Positions 51,821 to 60,702 of a DNA stretch of 64,000 nt are shown piece after piece. The stretch's first letter is position 1. Every line of letters starts with the position of its first letter. The notes under the pieces were generated by a model. It saw only the letters and a list, made by a program, of their open reading frames with translations. It did not search any database and was not told the origin of the DNA. This DNA comes from Pontiella sp. (GTDB taxonomy: Bacteria; Verrucomicrobiota; Kiritimatiellia; Kiritimatiellales; Pontiellaceae). The stretch is taken from assembly GCA_050290185.1 (NCBI GenBank), contig JBNKHE010000003.1, positions 270,729-334,728 on the forward strand, given 5' to 3'. Position numbers and translations under genes: made by a program.

Positions 51821-54800
51821 ATGAAAAAGATAGCATGGTTGTTTCTCGCGGTTTTTTGGTGCAGTCGCCTGTGGGCGGCAACGCTGTATGTGGATCTGAA
51901 CAGCGCAGCAGCAACTCCGCCGTACACCAACTGGGTGAGCGCGGCCACCAATATCCAGGATGCCGTGGATGCATCAGTTGCTGGCGACACGATTATGGTT
52001 GCTGACGGGCACTATCTCCTTTCGACCAGAATCTTGGTCAACAAAGCACTACTCCTTCAGAGTGTTAACGGCTCCGATGCAACCATCGTCGATGGTCTGG
52101 GAACTGTGCGTTGCTTCAACCTTCAAAACTGGGCCAGCACGGTTGATGGATTCACGATTACCAACGGTTACACTTCGGGAGATGGTGGCGGAGTTTATTG
52201 TTCAGGAGGCATCCCTGTGATAACCAACTGCATAATCACTGGGAACACTGCAAACTACGGTGGCGGTGGTGGAATGTACAAAGGTAAGGCCTACAACTGT
52301 GAGATAAGGGGGAACACGGCATTAGCTGGAGGTGGGATGTTCAGTGGCAAGGCATACAATTGCACGGTCAGTGGTAATTTCGGACTCCATGGTGGAGGTA
52401 TATACAGGGGTTCGGCAACTGACTGTACGATTGTCGGGAACTCGGCAACCAACACGGGCGGCGGGATGTTTGATGGGAATCTTATCAACTGTCTGGTGTG
52501 CAGCAATTCGGCCTACTATGGAGGAGGCTTGGCTTCCGGCACCGCAGACTTGTGCGTCTTTACGGATAACATTGCATTCTGGGGTGGTGCGGTGCTCGAT
52601 GGAACCGCGAATAATTGCATGATTACCGAAAATGTCGCCTATTACGGTGGCGGGATGCATAGCTACTGGAGCGAAGAGTGTACGGCTGCTAACTGCACGA
52701 TTGTTGGCAACACCGCCATCTTCCAGGCCGGTGGGATAGGAAGAGGCACAGTGCACAACTGCATCGTCTATTACAATACCTCGCCGAATGGAGCGAACCT
52801 AAGCGAAATCGATGCATCCTACACGTGTTCTCCCGATGTAACGAATGGCGTGGCTGGCAACATCACGAATGCTCCGATGCTGCTTTGGACCTCCCACATC
52901 GCTTCAAATTCTCCCTGCCGAGGTGCCGGAAGCGCTACTTACGTTACGGGAGCCGACATTGATGGCGAGGCTTGGGCTAATCCACCTTCCATGGGATGCG
53001 ACGAGCCGATGGGTGCAGCAACGGGTGCGCTGCAGGTGGCCATCAGTGTAGATGCGGACGCGGCATTGACCGGCTATCCGGTCTGGTTCCACGCCGATAT
53101 TGAAGGCATTCCCTCTCGATTGGTCTGGGACTTTGGCGCTGGGTCTATGGTTACCAATGTCCTGTCACCGGAACATGCCTGGGGAGTAGCAGGCAGTCAG
53201 GATATCGTTCTTACCGTGTACAATGACACCTGGCCGGGCGGCGTTTCGGCTACACAGACAGTATCCATTGTCGCCGAGACCAATCCGACCAATTCCGCTA
53301 TCTATGTGGCTTCGAGCGGGAATGATACAAACAATGGATCCAGCTGGGTGACCGCCAAGGCGACGATTCAGGCGGCCATCGATGAGCAATATGCCGGTGG
53401 TTTGGTGCTGGTGGGCCCCGGAACCTATGCCGGCGGTATCGAGCTGGGCAAAGGGATCTCGGTTCTGGGGGTTGATGGGCCGGCGGCAACGATGGTTGAC
53501 GGGCTTGGCAGCGGACGTTGTTTTGAAGTCGACGATACGGTATGCACCATCAGCGGATTGACCATCATGAATGGATCTACGGATTTTAATGGTGGGGGCA
53601 TATTCTGCAAAGGAGGCAACGCCACGGTTACCAATTGTATCGTGACGCAAAGCCATGCCAAATGGAATGGCGGAGGGATTGCGGGATGTGGTGCCGTGAG
53701 CCACTGTACGATTGTCAGCAATACTGTTGGTTCTGTGAGCTTTGATCATAGTTACGGTGGCGGGGTGGCTGGCGGCTTGGTGGATTACTGTACTGTTTCT
53801 GGAAACCGGGCGCAATACGGTGGTGGTGGGATGGTCGATACCGAAGCAGAGCAATGTCTAATCACTGATAATACAGCAGCAACTCTTGGGGGAGGGATTG
53901 CTTTTGGGATCATGGCAAATGACTGCATCATCAGCAGCAATACCGCGCTCTATGGGGGTGGGCTGTATCTCTGCCCGGCAAATAGCTGTACGATCATCAG
54001 CAATAGTGCAACACATGCCGGTGGGATGTACTTGGGTGAGGCGAACTACTGCACGATAAGCGGAAACACGGCGACAGATTACGGCGGCGGCATGCGACAT
54101 GCGACGGCGAATCACTGCGTGATCACTGGTAATACATCAGACAAGTGGGGTGGAGGGGCGGTTGAGTGTACGGTGAACAACTCGATGATCAGTGGAAACT
54201 GGGCGAGCTATTTCGCTGGGGGTATGTATTACGGTACGGCGAACAACTGCACAATCAGCGGGAACTCGGCGGCCAACAATGCTGGAGGGGCATATGGTAC
54301 TAAAGCTTACAACTGCATTGTGTGGTATAATGAATCGTTGAATAAAAGCAATTTTTCGAGCGGTGGATCAGCCAGGTATTCCTGTTCACCGGATTTGCCT
54401 CAGGGCGTGCGACACAATACCACCAATGCGCCGGGTTTCGTGGATTACGCAAACGGGGACTACCGCCTCATGTCCAATTCGCCCTGCATCAACTGGGGCG
54501 ATAATTCATATGTTTCCAATGCAGTGGATTTCGCCGGGAATCCGCGCGTTGCCGGCGGCTATGTTGACATGGGCGCCTACGAGTTCCAGGGAACGCCGGC
54601 GCCGGACCGGGATGGAGATGGCATGGACGACGCCTGGGAGCGGGACACGTTCGGATATAATGCCGATCCAGCTGACAACGCCGATGGCGATGTGTATAAC
54701 AATGGCGATGAATTCACCGCCGGCACCGATCCGACCAATGCGGCCTCCTTCTTTGCAGTAAGCAATGCGTTTCCTTCCGTCGGATTTGTCGTGGAATGGA

Positions 54801-54964
54801 ATGCTGTCACTGGCCGCTGGTACAAGGTGCTGTGGACGGACAATCTGACCAACAGCTATCAGTCTATAGCTGACAATCTGGAATATCCGCAAAGCAGTTA
54901 CACGGATACGGTGCATAGTGCCGAGTCCGTCGGATACTACCGGGTCGAAGTCCGCATGAAGTAG
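51821..54964 (+). CDS. Secreted right-handed beta-helix repeat protein with PKD domain, choice-of-anchor-Q-like region and C-terminal Asp-rich/sorting module
   Basis: Signal peptide; two 'YV....W..A...IQ.A.D' modules; many GGG..NC.I.GN repeats; WDFG PKD; SPCIN.G..D..GNPRV..VDMGAYE; DRDGDG..DAWE..EF.AGTDP; terminal YYRV. Confidence 0.82.
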   Translation: MKKIAWLFLAVFWCSRLWAATLYVDLNSAAATPPYTNWVSAATNIQDAVDASVAGDTIMVADGHYLLSTRILVNKALLLQSVNGSDATIVDGLGTVRCFNLQNWASTVDGFTITNGYTSGDGGGVYCSGGIPVITNCIITGNTANYGGGGGMYKGKAYNCEIRGNTALAGGGMFSGKAYNCTVSGNFGLHGGGIYRGSATDCTIVGNSATNTGGGMFDGNLINCLVCSNSAYYGGGLASGTADLCVFTDNIAFWGGAVLDGTANNCMITENVAYYGGGMHSYWSEECTAANCTIVGNTAIFQAGGIGRGTVHNCIVYYNTSPNGANLSEIDASYTCSPDVTNGVAGNITNAPMLLWTSHIASNSPCRGAGSATYVTGADIDGEAWANPPSMGCDEPMGAATGALQVAISVDADAALTGYPVWFHADIEGIPSRLVWDFGAGSMVTNVLSPEHAWGVAGSQDIVLTVYNDTWPGGVSATQTVSIVAETNPTNSAIYVASSGNDTNNGSSWVTAKATIQAAIDEQYAGGLVLVGPGTYAGGIELGKGISVLGVDGPAATMVDGLGSGRCFEVDDTVCTISGLTIMNGSTDFNGGGIFCKGGNATVTNCIVTQSHAKWNGGGIAGCGAVSHCTIVSNTVGSVSFDHSYGGGVAGGLVDYCTVSGNRAQYGGGGMVDTEAEQCLITDNTAATLGGGIAFGIMANDCIISSNTALYGGGLYLCPANSCTIISNSATHAGGMYLGEANYCTISGNTATDYGGGMRHATANHCVITGNTSDKWGGGAVECTVNNSMISGNWASYFAGGMYYGTANNCTISGNSAANNAGGAYGTKAYNCIVWYNESLNKSNFSSGGSARYSCSPDLPQGVRHNTTNAPGFVDYANGDYRLMSNSPCINWGDNSYVSNAVDFAGNPRVAGGYVDMGAYEFQGTPAPDRDGDGMDDAWERDTFGYNADPADNADGDVYNNGDEFTAGTDPTNAASFFAVSNAFPSVGFVVEWNAVTGRWYKVLWTDNLTNSYQSIADNLEYPQSSYTDTVHSAESVGYYRVEVRMK

Positions 54965-54976
54965 CAAGGTAGGGCA

Positions 54977-55167
54977 TGCTCGCCTGTCCAGAGTTTATCG
55001 ACGGGCCGAGCGCGCCGTCCGGGGGCACACCGCACAGGGATAGTGATTTCACACAGAGACAGCAGAGATCACAGAGGTAGAGTTTTTTCTCCGCTCGCAC
55101 CGTTATCCCTGCGTGAGATCATTTTCGGCAGGGGGTGCTCGCCCGTCCTGAGTTTATCGAAGGGCCG
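54977..55167. repeat. Pair of 32-bp direct repeats (REP-like)
   Basis: TGCTCGCCTGTCCAGAGTTTATCGACGGGCCG (54977-55008) vs TGCTCGCCCGTCCTGAGTTTATCGAAGGGCCG (55136-55167), 29/32 identical. Confidence 0.75.
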
Positions 55168-55469
55168 CCCGCCCATGCGCCCATTCCTAAAACCTAACAC
55201 CGGATCATTTCTTCCGGCTGTTCGCTACGTTGCTATCAGCTATTAGCTAAAGGCTTTTCATCACTCTTCTTTTGTCGAAGCAAGAACTGGTAACACCCAA
55301 GTGTACCGGATACAATGTGCGTGTATTTTGAAGCATGTGGTTTTAGGGAACGGTATCGGTAAAATGAAGAACACCAAGATCAAAGGACCGATCCTTTTTC
55401 TAGATAAAATACGCTTCCAGTTTCCAAACCTCGGGGAAATACTGTACAAAATTTCCATTCTATAAAGCT

Positions 55470-56774
55470 ATGAACTCTTTTTCTACATATACCGCTGAGT
55501 TGGGAAGATATGCTGGTGAAGTATTGGGTGCTCCCGCTGGAGATTTCAATGCTGTGGATATTCAAAAATCCATATTCAGCACGCGGCACGTCGAGCAATA
55601 CCTTCGCACTTTAATTCCAATTGAAGAGCTACGAGATGCTGGGTCTTTTTTTACAGGTGACCGTATGGCTGATACTGCCTCCGAATATTTTGGCGATAGT
55701 GTTACTTTGAAATCATTTATTGTTGATCCAGCCTGTGGTGCCGGGAACTTGCTAATTGCCTGCTCAAAAAAATTACCAATTAAGAAGACTAGTCTTAAAA
55801 AAACTCTGGGTATTTGGGGGCAGTGCCTAGCGGGGTTTGATCTGTTTGATGAGTTTGTAGAGACGACAAAGCTTCGTTTGATACTTGAGGCCGTTTCTCG
55901 TGGCGCTAGCCCAGATATCTTGAATATTGACGAAGCGAAAGATTTATTTCCTTACATCCATAAAGGAAATGCATTTGATTATGCGGCTACGCTTAAAGTT
56001 GCGACGCATATCATAATAAATCCTCCTTACTATAAAATGCAGGCGTCTTTAGATTGCGAATGGGCTGATGGAAAAATAAACGCGGCAGCCAAGTTTATGG
56101 AGCTGGTTGCTCAATGTGCTGCTGATGGAACACGTGTTAGTGCAATCCTTCCTGATGTTTTGCGCTCTGGTACTCGTTATGACAAATGGAGAACCTTAAT
56201 ATCGGCCAAGTTGAATTGTTCTATTATGTCGACAGGAAGGTTTGATTCAAAAACCGATGTCGATGTTTTTCTGCTAAGCGGACAGGTCGGCTCTGAGATT
56301 AACGATCCGGATTGGTTAGGCGTGCAGTATAGTGAAAAAACAATTGATGATTTTTTTGATGTTTCGATCGGCCCTGTGGTTCCCTATCGCGACAAGAAAG
56401 ATGGTGACGATGCCCCCTATATCTTTCCCAAACAACTCCCCTTGTGGGGCAAGGTTCGAAGTCAGGATATAAAAGAAACTTGGGCATTCTCGGGGACGCT
56501 CAAAAAGCCACCCTTTGTTGCTATACGCCGGACGTCCAGTCCTTCTGACACATATCGAGCCGGCGGAACATTGATCAACGGGACGCAGGATGTTGCCGTA
56601 GAAAATCATTTGATTGTTGTGCGCCCTAAATCCGGGCGGGTGAGAGATTGTGAGAAATTACTCAAAGTTCTCCAAGATGAGAGCACCAATTCTTTTTTGA
56701 ACCAGCGCATTCGTTGCCGTCATTTAACGGTTTCCGCCGCTAAAGAAATTCCATGGATTGGAGATTTGGTATGA
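55470..56774 (+). CDS. Amino (N6-adenine) DNA methyltransferase, gamma-type motif order
   Basis: GSFFT, motif I IVDPACGAGN, motif IV INPPY, AILP; C-terminal TRD-like region. Confidence 0.88.
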   Translation: MNSFSTYTAELGRYAGEVLGAPAGDFNAVDIQKSIFSTRHVEQYLRTLIPIEELRDAGSFFTGDRMADTASEYFGDSVTLKSFIVDPACGAGNLLIACSKKLPIKKTSLKKTLGIWGQCLAGFDLFDEFVETTKLRLILEAVSRGASPDILNIDEAKDLFPYIHKGNAFDYAATLKVATHIIINPPYYKMQASLDCEWADGKINAAAKFMELVAQCAADGTRVSAILPDVLRSGTRYDKWRTLISAKLNCSIMSTGRFDSKTDVDVFLLSGQVGSEINDPDWLGVQYSEKTIDDFFDVSIGPVVPYRDKKDGDDAPYIFPKQLPLWGKVRSQDIKETWAFSGTLKKPPFVAIRRTSSPSDTYRAGGTLINGTQDVAVENHLIVVRPKSGRVRDCEKLLKVLQDESTNSFLNQRIRCRHLTVSAAKEIPWIGDLV

Positions 56775-58825
56775 GTAAGACAAGTATCCGTTTTTCATCT
56801 GACATATTACGCAGGCTAGGTGAAGAACTTAATCCGAGTATGGATAAAGGGATTTTGGAGTTGGTAAAGAATTCCCATGATGCAGATGCAACTGAATGTA
56901 AAGTGGAACTACTCGATGCATCTAAGGGCGGTACTATTAGGATTTCAGACAATGGATTTGGGATGTCTGAGCGTGATGTGGACAATGGTTGGTTGGTTTT
57001 AGGATCTTCAAGAAAGACGAAAAAACTCACTCCAAAAGGGCGAATTCCAGCGGGCAGCAAAGGGCTGGGAAGATTGGCTGCCTTGCGTATGGGGCATGTT
57101 GCGAAGCTAAGAACGCGTCCTCAAGAAGATTTTTTGTCTGAATATCATGTCGAAATCGACTGGGACAAGTATGAGGGGAAACGTCTGGTTGAAGATGTAT
57201 CTTTGAATATTGAAAAAGTTGCTAGTGACGTGGGGTTCGGAGGAACGGAAATCACTGTGGAGAAGTTGAGATATCGCATAACTAAAAGTGATGTGAAGCG
57301 ACTTGCGAGGGAATTAATATTGCTAGCGGATCCTTTTGCTGACTCTAAATATGGATTCGACCCTATTCTTGTTGCTCCGGAATTTAAGGATTTAGAAGCT
57401 CAGGTTAAAAGAAGATATTTTCAAGATGCGAATTACCACTTAATTGCTGAAGTCAAGGGCGACGGGAGTGTGCTTGCGACCGTTTATGACTGGAAAGGGA
57501 GTGTTTTATTTGAAACAGCGGAGTCGGAATTGAAGCCTCCTTATAAGGCTCCACAAATGAAATTCGAATTGTGGGTGTTCATCCTTGATTCAAAATCATT
57601 TGCCAGTCGATCCGTTTCGCTAGGAGAAGTTCGTGATTGGCTCAATGCATTCGGTGGAGTGCACTTATATCAAAATGGACTGAGGGTCTCTCCGTATGGG
57701 GACAAGGGAAATGATTGGCTGGACATTAATCTTCAGCGCGCAAAAAGTCCGGAGGAGAGACCAAGTACGAATACCATTATTGGTCGAGTTACGATCGATG
57801 ATAAAGAAGAGCTTTTGGTTCAGAAAACAGATCGTTCAGGATTTATAGAAACGGATGCCTTTAGAGATGTTAAACGTTTCAGTCAAGATGTACTGAAGTG
57901 GATGGCTAAGCGCCGGATGGAGGTCGCGGATAAACGCCGCCGAAAAAATCGTGTTGAAGCGCCTAAGGAAAGCTCAGATGGCAAGGTCGCTTTAGAAAAG
58001 GCTATTGAAAGCGCTCCGGCTGAGGTCAAAACAAGTATCACCGAGGCGTTGAAGAAATATGATAAAGCCAAAGAAAAGGAGATCGTAACGTTAAAGAAAG
58101 ATGTTCAGCTGTATCGCACATTAAGCACTGCGGGGATCACTTCAGCAACGTTCGCACATGATTCGCATGGTAACCCAATAAAGTTGGCATATCAGGCTTT
58201 TGCTTTGCTAAAAGTTCGAGTTAAAAAGCTCCTGATGGGGGATAATTCTGTAGATTTAGATGCTCCATTTGAGAAGCTGACGCGTTCCCTTAAGAGCTTG
58301 AGTGCCCTGGGTAAGACAACTCTCAAGTTGGTAGATCACGAAAAAAGGCGGACGGGAAGTGTCCCCGTAAACGGAACGATCCAGACGGCGATTGATGACT
58401 TTGAAGATTACTTTAAGGGGCGAGATATTAAGGTGACAGTTATGTTGTCTGGAACTGCCCCTGAAATTTATGCGAATGAGGCAGCGCTAGAATCAATAAT
58501 TTTCAATTTACTTAATAATTCATCAACAGCATTAGAGGAAATATCTGATAGATCGCGAAAAGTAGAGGTTGTTTCCGAAGTCGTTTCTTCGGAGGCTGGC
58601 CGTGAGGTGAAGATTACAGTTCGTGATAATGGAGATGGTATTAAGGGGATTAAACTGAGTGATTTATGGTTGCCAGGGCAAACGACTCGTAAGAATGGAA
58701 CTGGGCTTGGACTCACTATCGTACGGGATACAGTCGAGGATCTAGGCGGCCATATTGATGTGGTGCCACGCGGTGTTTTAGGAGGGGCGGAATTTAACGT
58801 GTATTTGCCGCTACTGGAGAAATAA
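56771..58825 (+). CDS. MORC/GHKL ATPase fused to histidine kinase
   Basis: N-term ELVKNSHDA, DNGFGM, GSKGLGR, GTEI; S5-like GGVHLYQNGLRV.PYG...DWL; coiled coil; H-box FAHD; second GHKL NLLNNS, DNGDGI, GTGLGL, GAEF. Confidence 0.88.
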   Translation: MSKTSIRFSSDILRRLGEELNPSMDKGILELVKNSHDADATECKVELLDASKGGTIRISDNGFGMSERDVDNGWLVLGSSRKTKKLTPKGRIPAGSKGLGRLAALRMGHVAKLRTRPQEDFLSEYHVEIDWDKYEGKRLVEDVSLNIEKVASDVGFGGTEITVEKLRYRITKSDVKRLARELILLADPFADSKYGFDPILVAPEFKDLEAQVKRRYFQDANYHLIAEVKGDGSVLATVYDWKGSVLFETAESELKPPYKAPQMKFELWVFILDSKSFASRSVSLGEVRDWLNAFGGVHLYQNGLRVSPYGDKGNDWLDINLQRAKSPEERPSTNTIIGRVTIDDKEELLVQKTDRSGFIETDAFRDVKRFSQDVLKWMAKRRMEVADKRRRKNRVEAPKESSDGKVALEKAIESAPAEVKTSITEALKKYDKAKEKEIVTLKKDVQLYRTLSTAGITSATFAHDSHGNPIKLAYQAFALLKVRVKKLLMGDNSVDLDAPFEKLTRSLKSLSALGKTTLKLVDHEKRRTGSVPVNGTIQTAIDDFEDYFKGRDIKVTVMLSGTAPEIYANEAALESIIFNLLNNSSTALEEISDRSRKVEVVSEVVSSEAGREVKITVRDNGDGIKGIKLSDLWLPGQTTRKNGTGLGLTIVRDTVEDLGGHIDVVPRGVLGGAEFNVYLPLLEK

Positions 58826-58826
58826 G

Positions 58827-59480
58827 ATGGATGGTTTTCGGGATATAAAGCAGATCTTTGTTTTTGATGATGATGAGCAAACCAGAAACGGCTCTCTTGA
58901 GTTGATTTTGGAAATAGGTGTTGATGGAATACCTATAAACAAACCAGAAAAGAATATTACTGAACTAATAAAGCAAGTAGATAGCAACACGGGATTATTT
59001 TGTGATTATCACCTTCGAAAACATCAATACGCATGTTTCAACGGAGACAAAATTGTGGCCGCAGCATACAACGCAAGCAAGCCAGCTCTCTTGTGTACTT
59101 CATGTACGGATTTTGATTCTAGCCTATCCCGAATGATTAGGAGGTATATTCCAGTAATTTTAGCTCCCGAGGAGCAGGATACGGAGTGTATTATCAATGG
59201 ATTTGTGGTTTGCATTAATGAGCTCAAAGGTAATTTTATTAGCGAGCGAAAACCATGGAGAGCTCTAGTTCGTGTTGCAGAGGTTGATCCTGAAAACAAA
59301 GCATCATATGTAGTGGTTCCCTCATGGCATGCTGAGGCTAAGATCAAGGTCTTTTGGGATGACTTTCCCCGTGAGTTAATACCGCTAGCTAAACAAGAAG
59401 AGCATCGTTTCCACGCTATGGTGAATTTAGGAAGTGAACATATTCAATCGTTATATTTATATGACTGGGAAGCATCCTAA
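58827..59480 (+). CDS. Receiver (REC)-domain protein with C-terminal beta-rich domain
   Basis: IFVFDDD acidic pocket, LFCDYHL phospho-acceptor Asp, LLCTS; follows the kinase by 1 nt. Confidence 0.72.
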   Translation: MDGFRDIKQIFVFDDDEQTRNGSLELILEIGVDGIPINKPEKNITELIKQVDSNTGLFCDYHLRKHQYACFNGDKIVAAAYNASKPALLCTSCTDFDSSLSRMIRRYIPVILAPEEQDTECIINGFVVCINELKGNFISERKPWRALVRVAEVDPENKASYVVVPSWHAEAKIKVFWDDFPRELIPLAKQEEHRFHAMVNLGSEHIQSLYLYDWEAS

Positions 59481-60442
59481 TGTTTTCGCTCCCCGAAAAT
59501 TTCGTGGCAATATTGGATGTAGGGCACGGGAGTTCTGCAATTCTTAGATCTGAAGGTGAGGTTGCTGTATTCGATACAGGTGAGAACACAAGGTTGTTGG
59601 AGTTCCTTCAGCTTTATGGCATCTGCGAAATTAAATACATCTTCATTTCTCATGCCGATAAGGATCATATTGGTGGTTTGCTTGGCGTGTTGACGCAGCA
59701 TGAAATCGTAACGAACAATATCTTTCTTAATAGCGATGCATTAAAGGATACTTTCGCTTGGAAAGACCTTGTGTATCAACTGCAGGAGCTAGCGAGGATG
59801 GGAGAGGTTAACTGGGAGTCTTCTCTCCGGGAAGGTAATGTTTTTAGCGTTGGAAATAGCACCTGTAATGTGCTTTCACCTTCATTAGCCTTGGCGGCAA
59901 CTGGTCCCGGAGCAACAACATCTTCTGGAAAGAAAGTCACATCGAACTCTGCGAGTGCTGTGATCAAGGTTGAGTCGTCCAGTAACTCATTCCTTTTTCC
60001 TGGAGATATTGATTCGGTCGGCCTTGAAGAGGCTTGGGTTGAATCAGATTTTTCCGTTAATACATTAATCTACCCGCACCATGGAGGAAAGTCTGGGGCT
60101 GGCGAAGATGAATTCACGCGAGACCTAATTAATCGAGCAAATCCAAAGTGTGTAATTTTCTCAAATGGCAGGAATAAGCATAGTAATCCTCGACCAGAAA
60201 TTATTGATAAAATTCATAGCCATAACGGCGATATTCAAATCCTGTGTACCCAGCTTTCGAAGGGTTGTGCAGAGCAATATCCAGACGAAGGTGCGCTAAA
60301 GGAAATTGATTCCGAGCACCGGTGTGCAGGATCAATAATCATGGACTTGGATTCAGGAGATTTTGTGTCTCCGGAGAAAGAAGCTTTCGCCTCATTCATT
60401 AAGGCTCATGTAGCCACTCCTATGTGTTGTTGCCAGGGGTAG
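59480..60442 (+). CDS. ComEC/Rec2-type metallo-beta-lactamase-fold hydrolase (soluble, probable nuclease)
   Basis: LDVGHG, DTG, SHADKDHIGG, N.AS, PGD, PHHG, SNG.N; no TM or signal peptide. Confidence 0.85.
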   Translation: MFSLPENFVAILDVGHGSSAILRSEGEVAVFDTGENTRLLEFLQLYGICEIKYIFISHADKDHIGGLLGVLTQHEIVTNNIFLNSDALKDTFAWKDLVYQLQELARMGEVNWESSLREGNVFSVGNSTCNVLSPSLALAATGPGATTSSGKKVTSNSASAVIKVESSSNSFLFPGDIDSVGLEEAWVESDFSVNTLIYPHHGGKSGAGEDEFTRDLINRANPKCVIFSNGRNKHSNPRPEIIDKIHSHNGDIQILCTQLSKGCAEQYPDEGALKEIDSEHRCAGSIIMDLDSGDFVSPEKEAFASFIKAHVATPMCCCQG

Positions 60443-60510
60443 GTGCTAGAAAAACGGGGCAGTCCTCGGATATAAGTATCGACGAGGGCGTACGGCCAGG
60501 ATAATCGGGG

Positions 60511-60642
60511 CTATCAGTCGTCGCTTTGAACGAGCGCAATCAATTCCTTGAGTCTGGGCGTGGTTTTGTCTTCATACAGGCGCGGGTGGCGGCCGCCGAA
60601 GGTGGGGTGTTCCTTTTCCGTGGATAGCATCACCTGCTGATC
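60511..60642 (-). pseudogene. Duplicated remnant of the mfd 3' end
   Basis: 132 bp ungapped match to 61549-61680, 118/132 identical; encodes DQQVMLSTEKEHPTFGGRHPRLYEDKTTPRLKELIALVQSDD*. Confidence 0.9.
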
Positions 60643-60702
60643 CAGCACCTTCCGTCCTTCTCCATCATTGAACGGGTTTCATACATCGGATATAAATGTT
60701 AA

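Noticed and set aside
54977..55167. 32-bp repeats as a CRISPR array
   Set aside because: Only two copies, a 127-bp spacer and no cas genes
55261..55458. 65-aa minus-strand ORF upstream of the MTase as a controller (C) protein
   Set aside because: No HTH-like pattern or clear RBS; probably spurious
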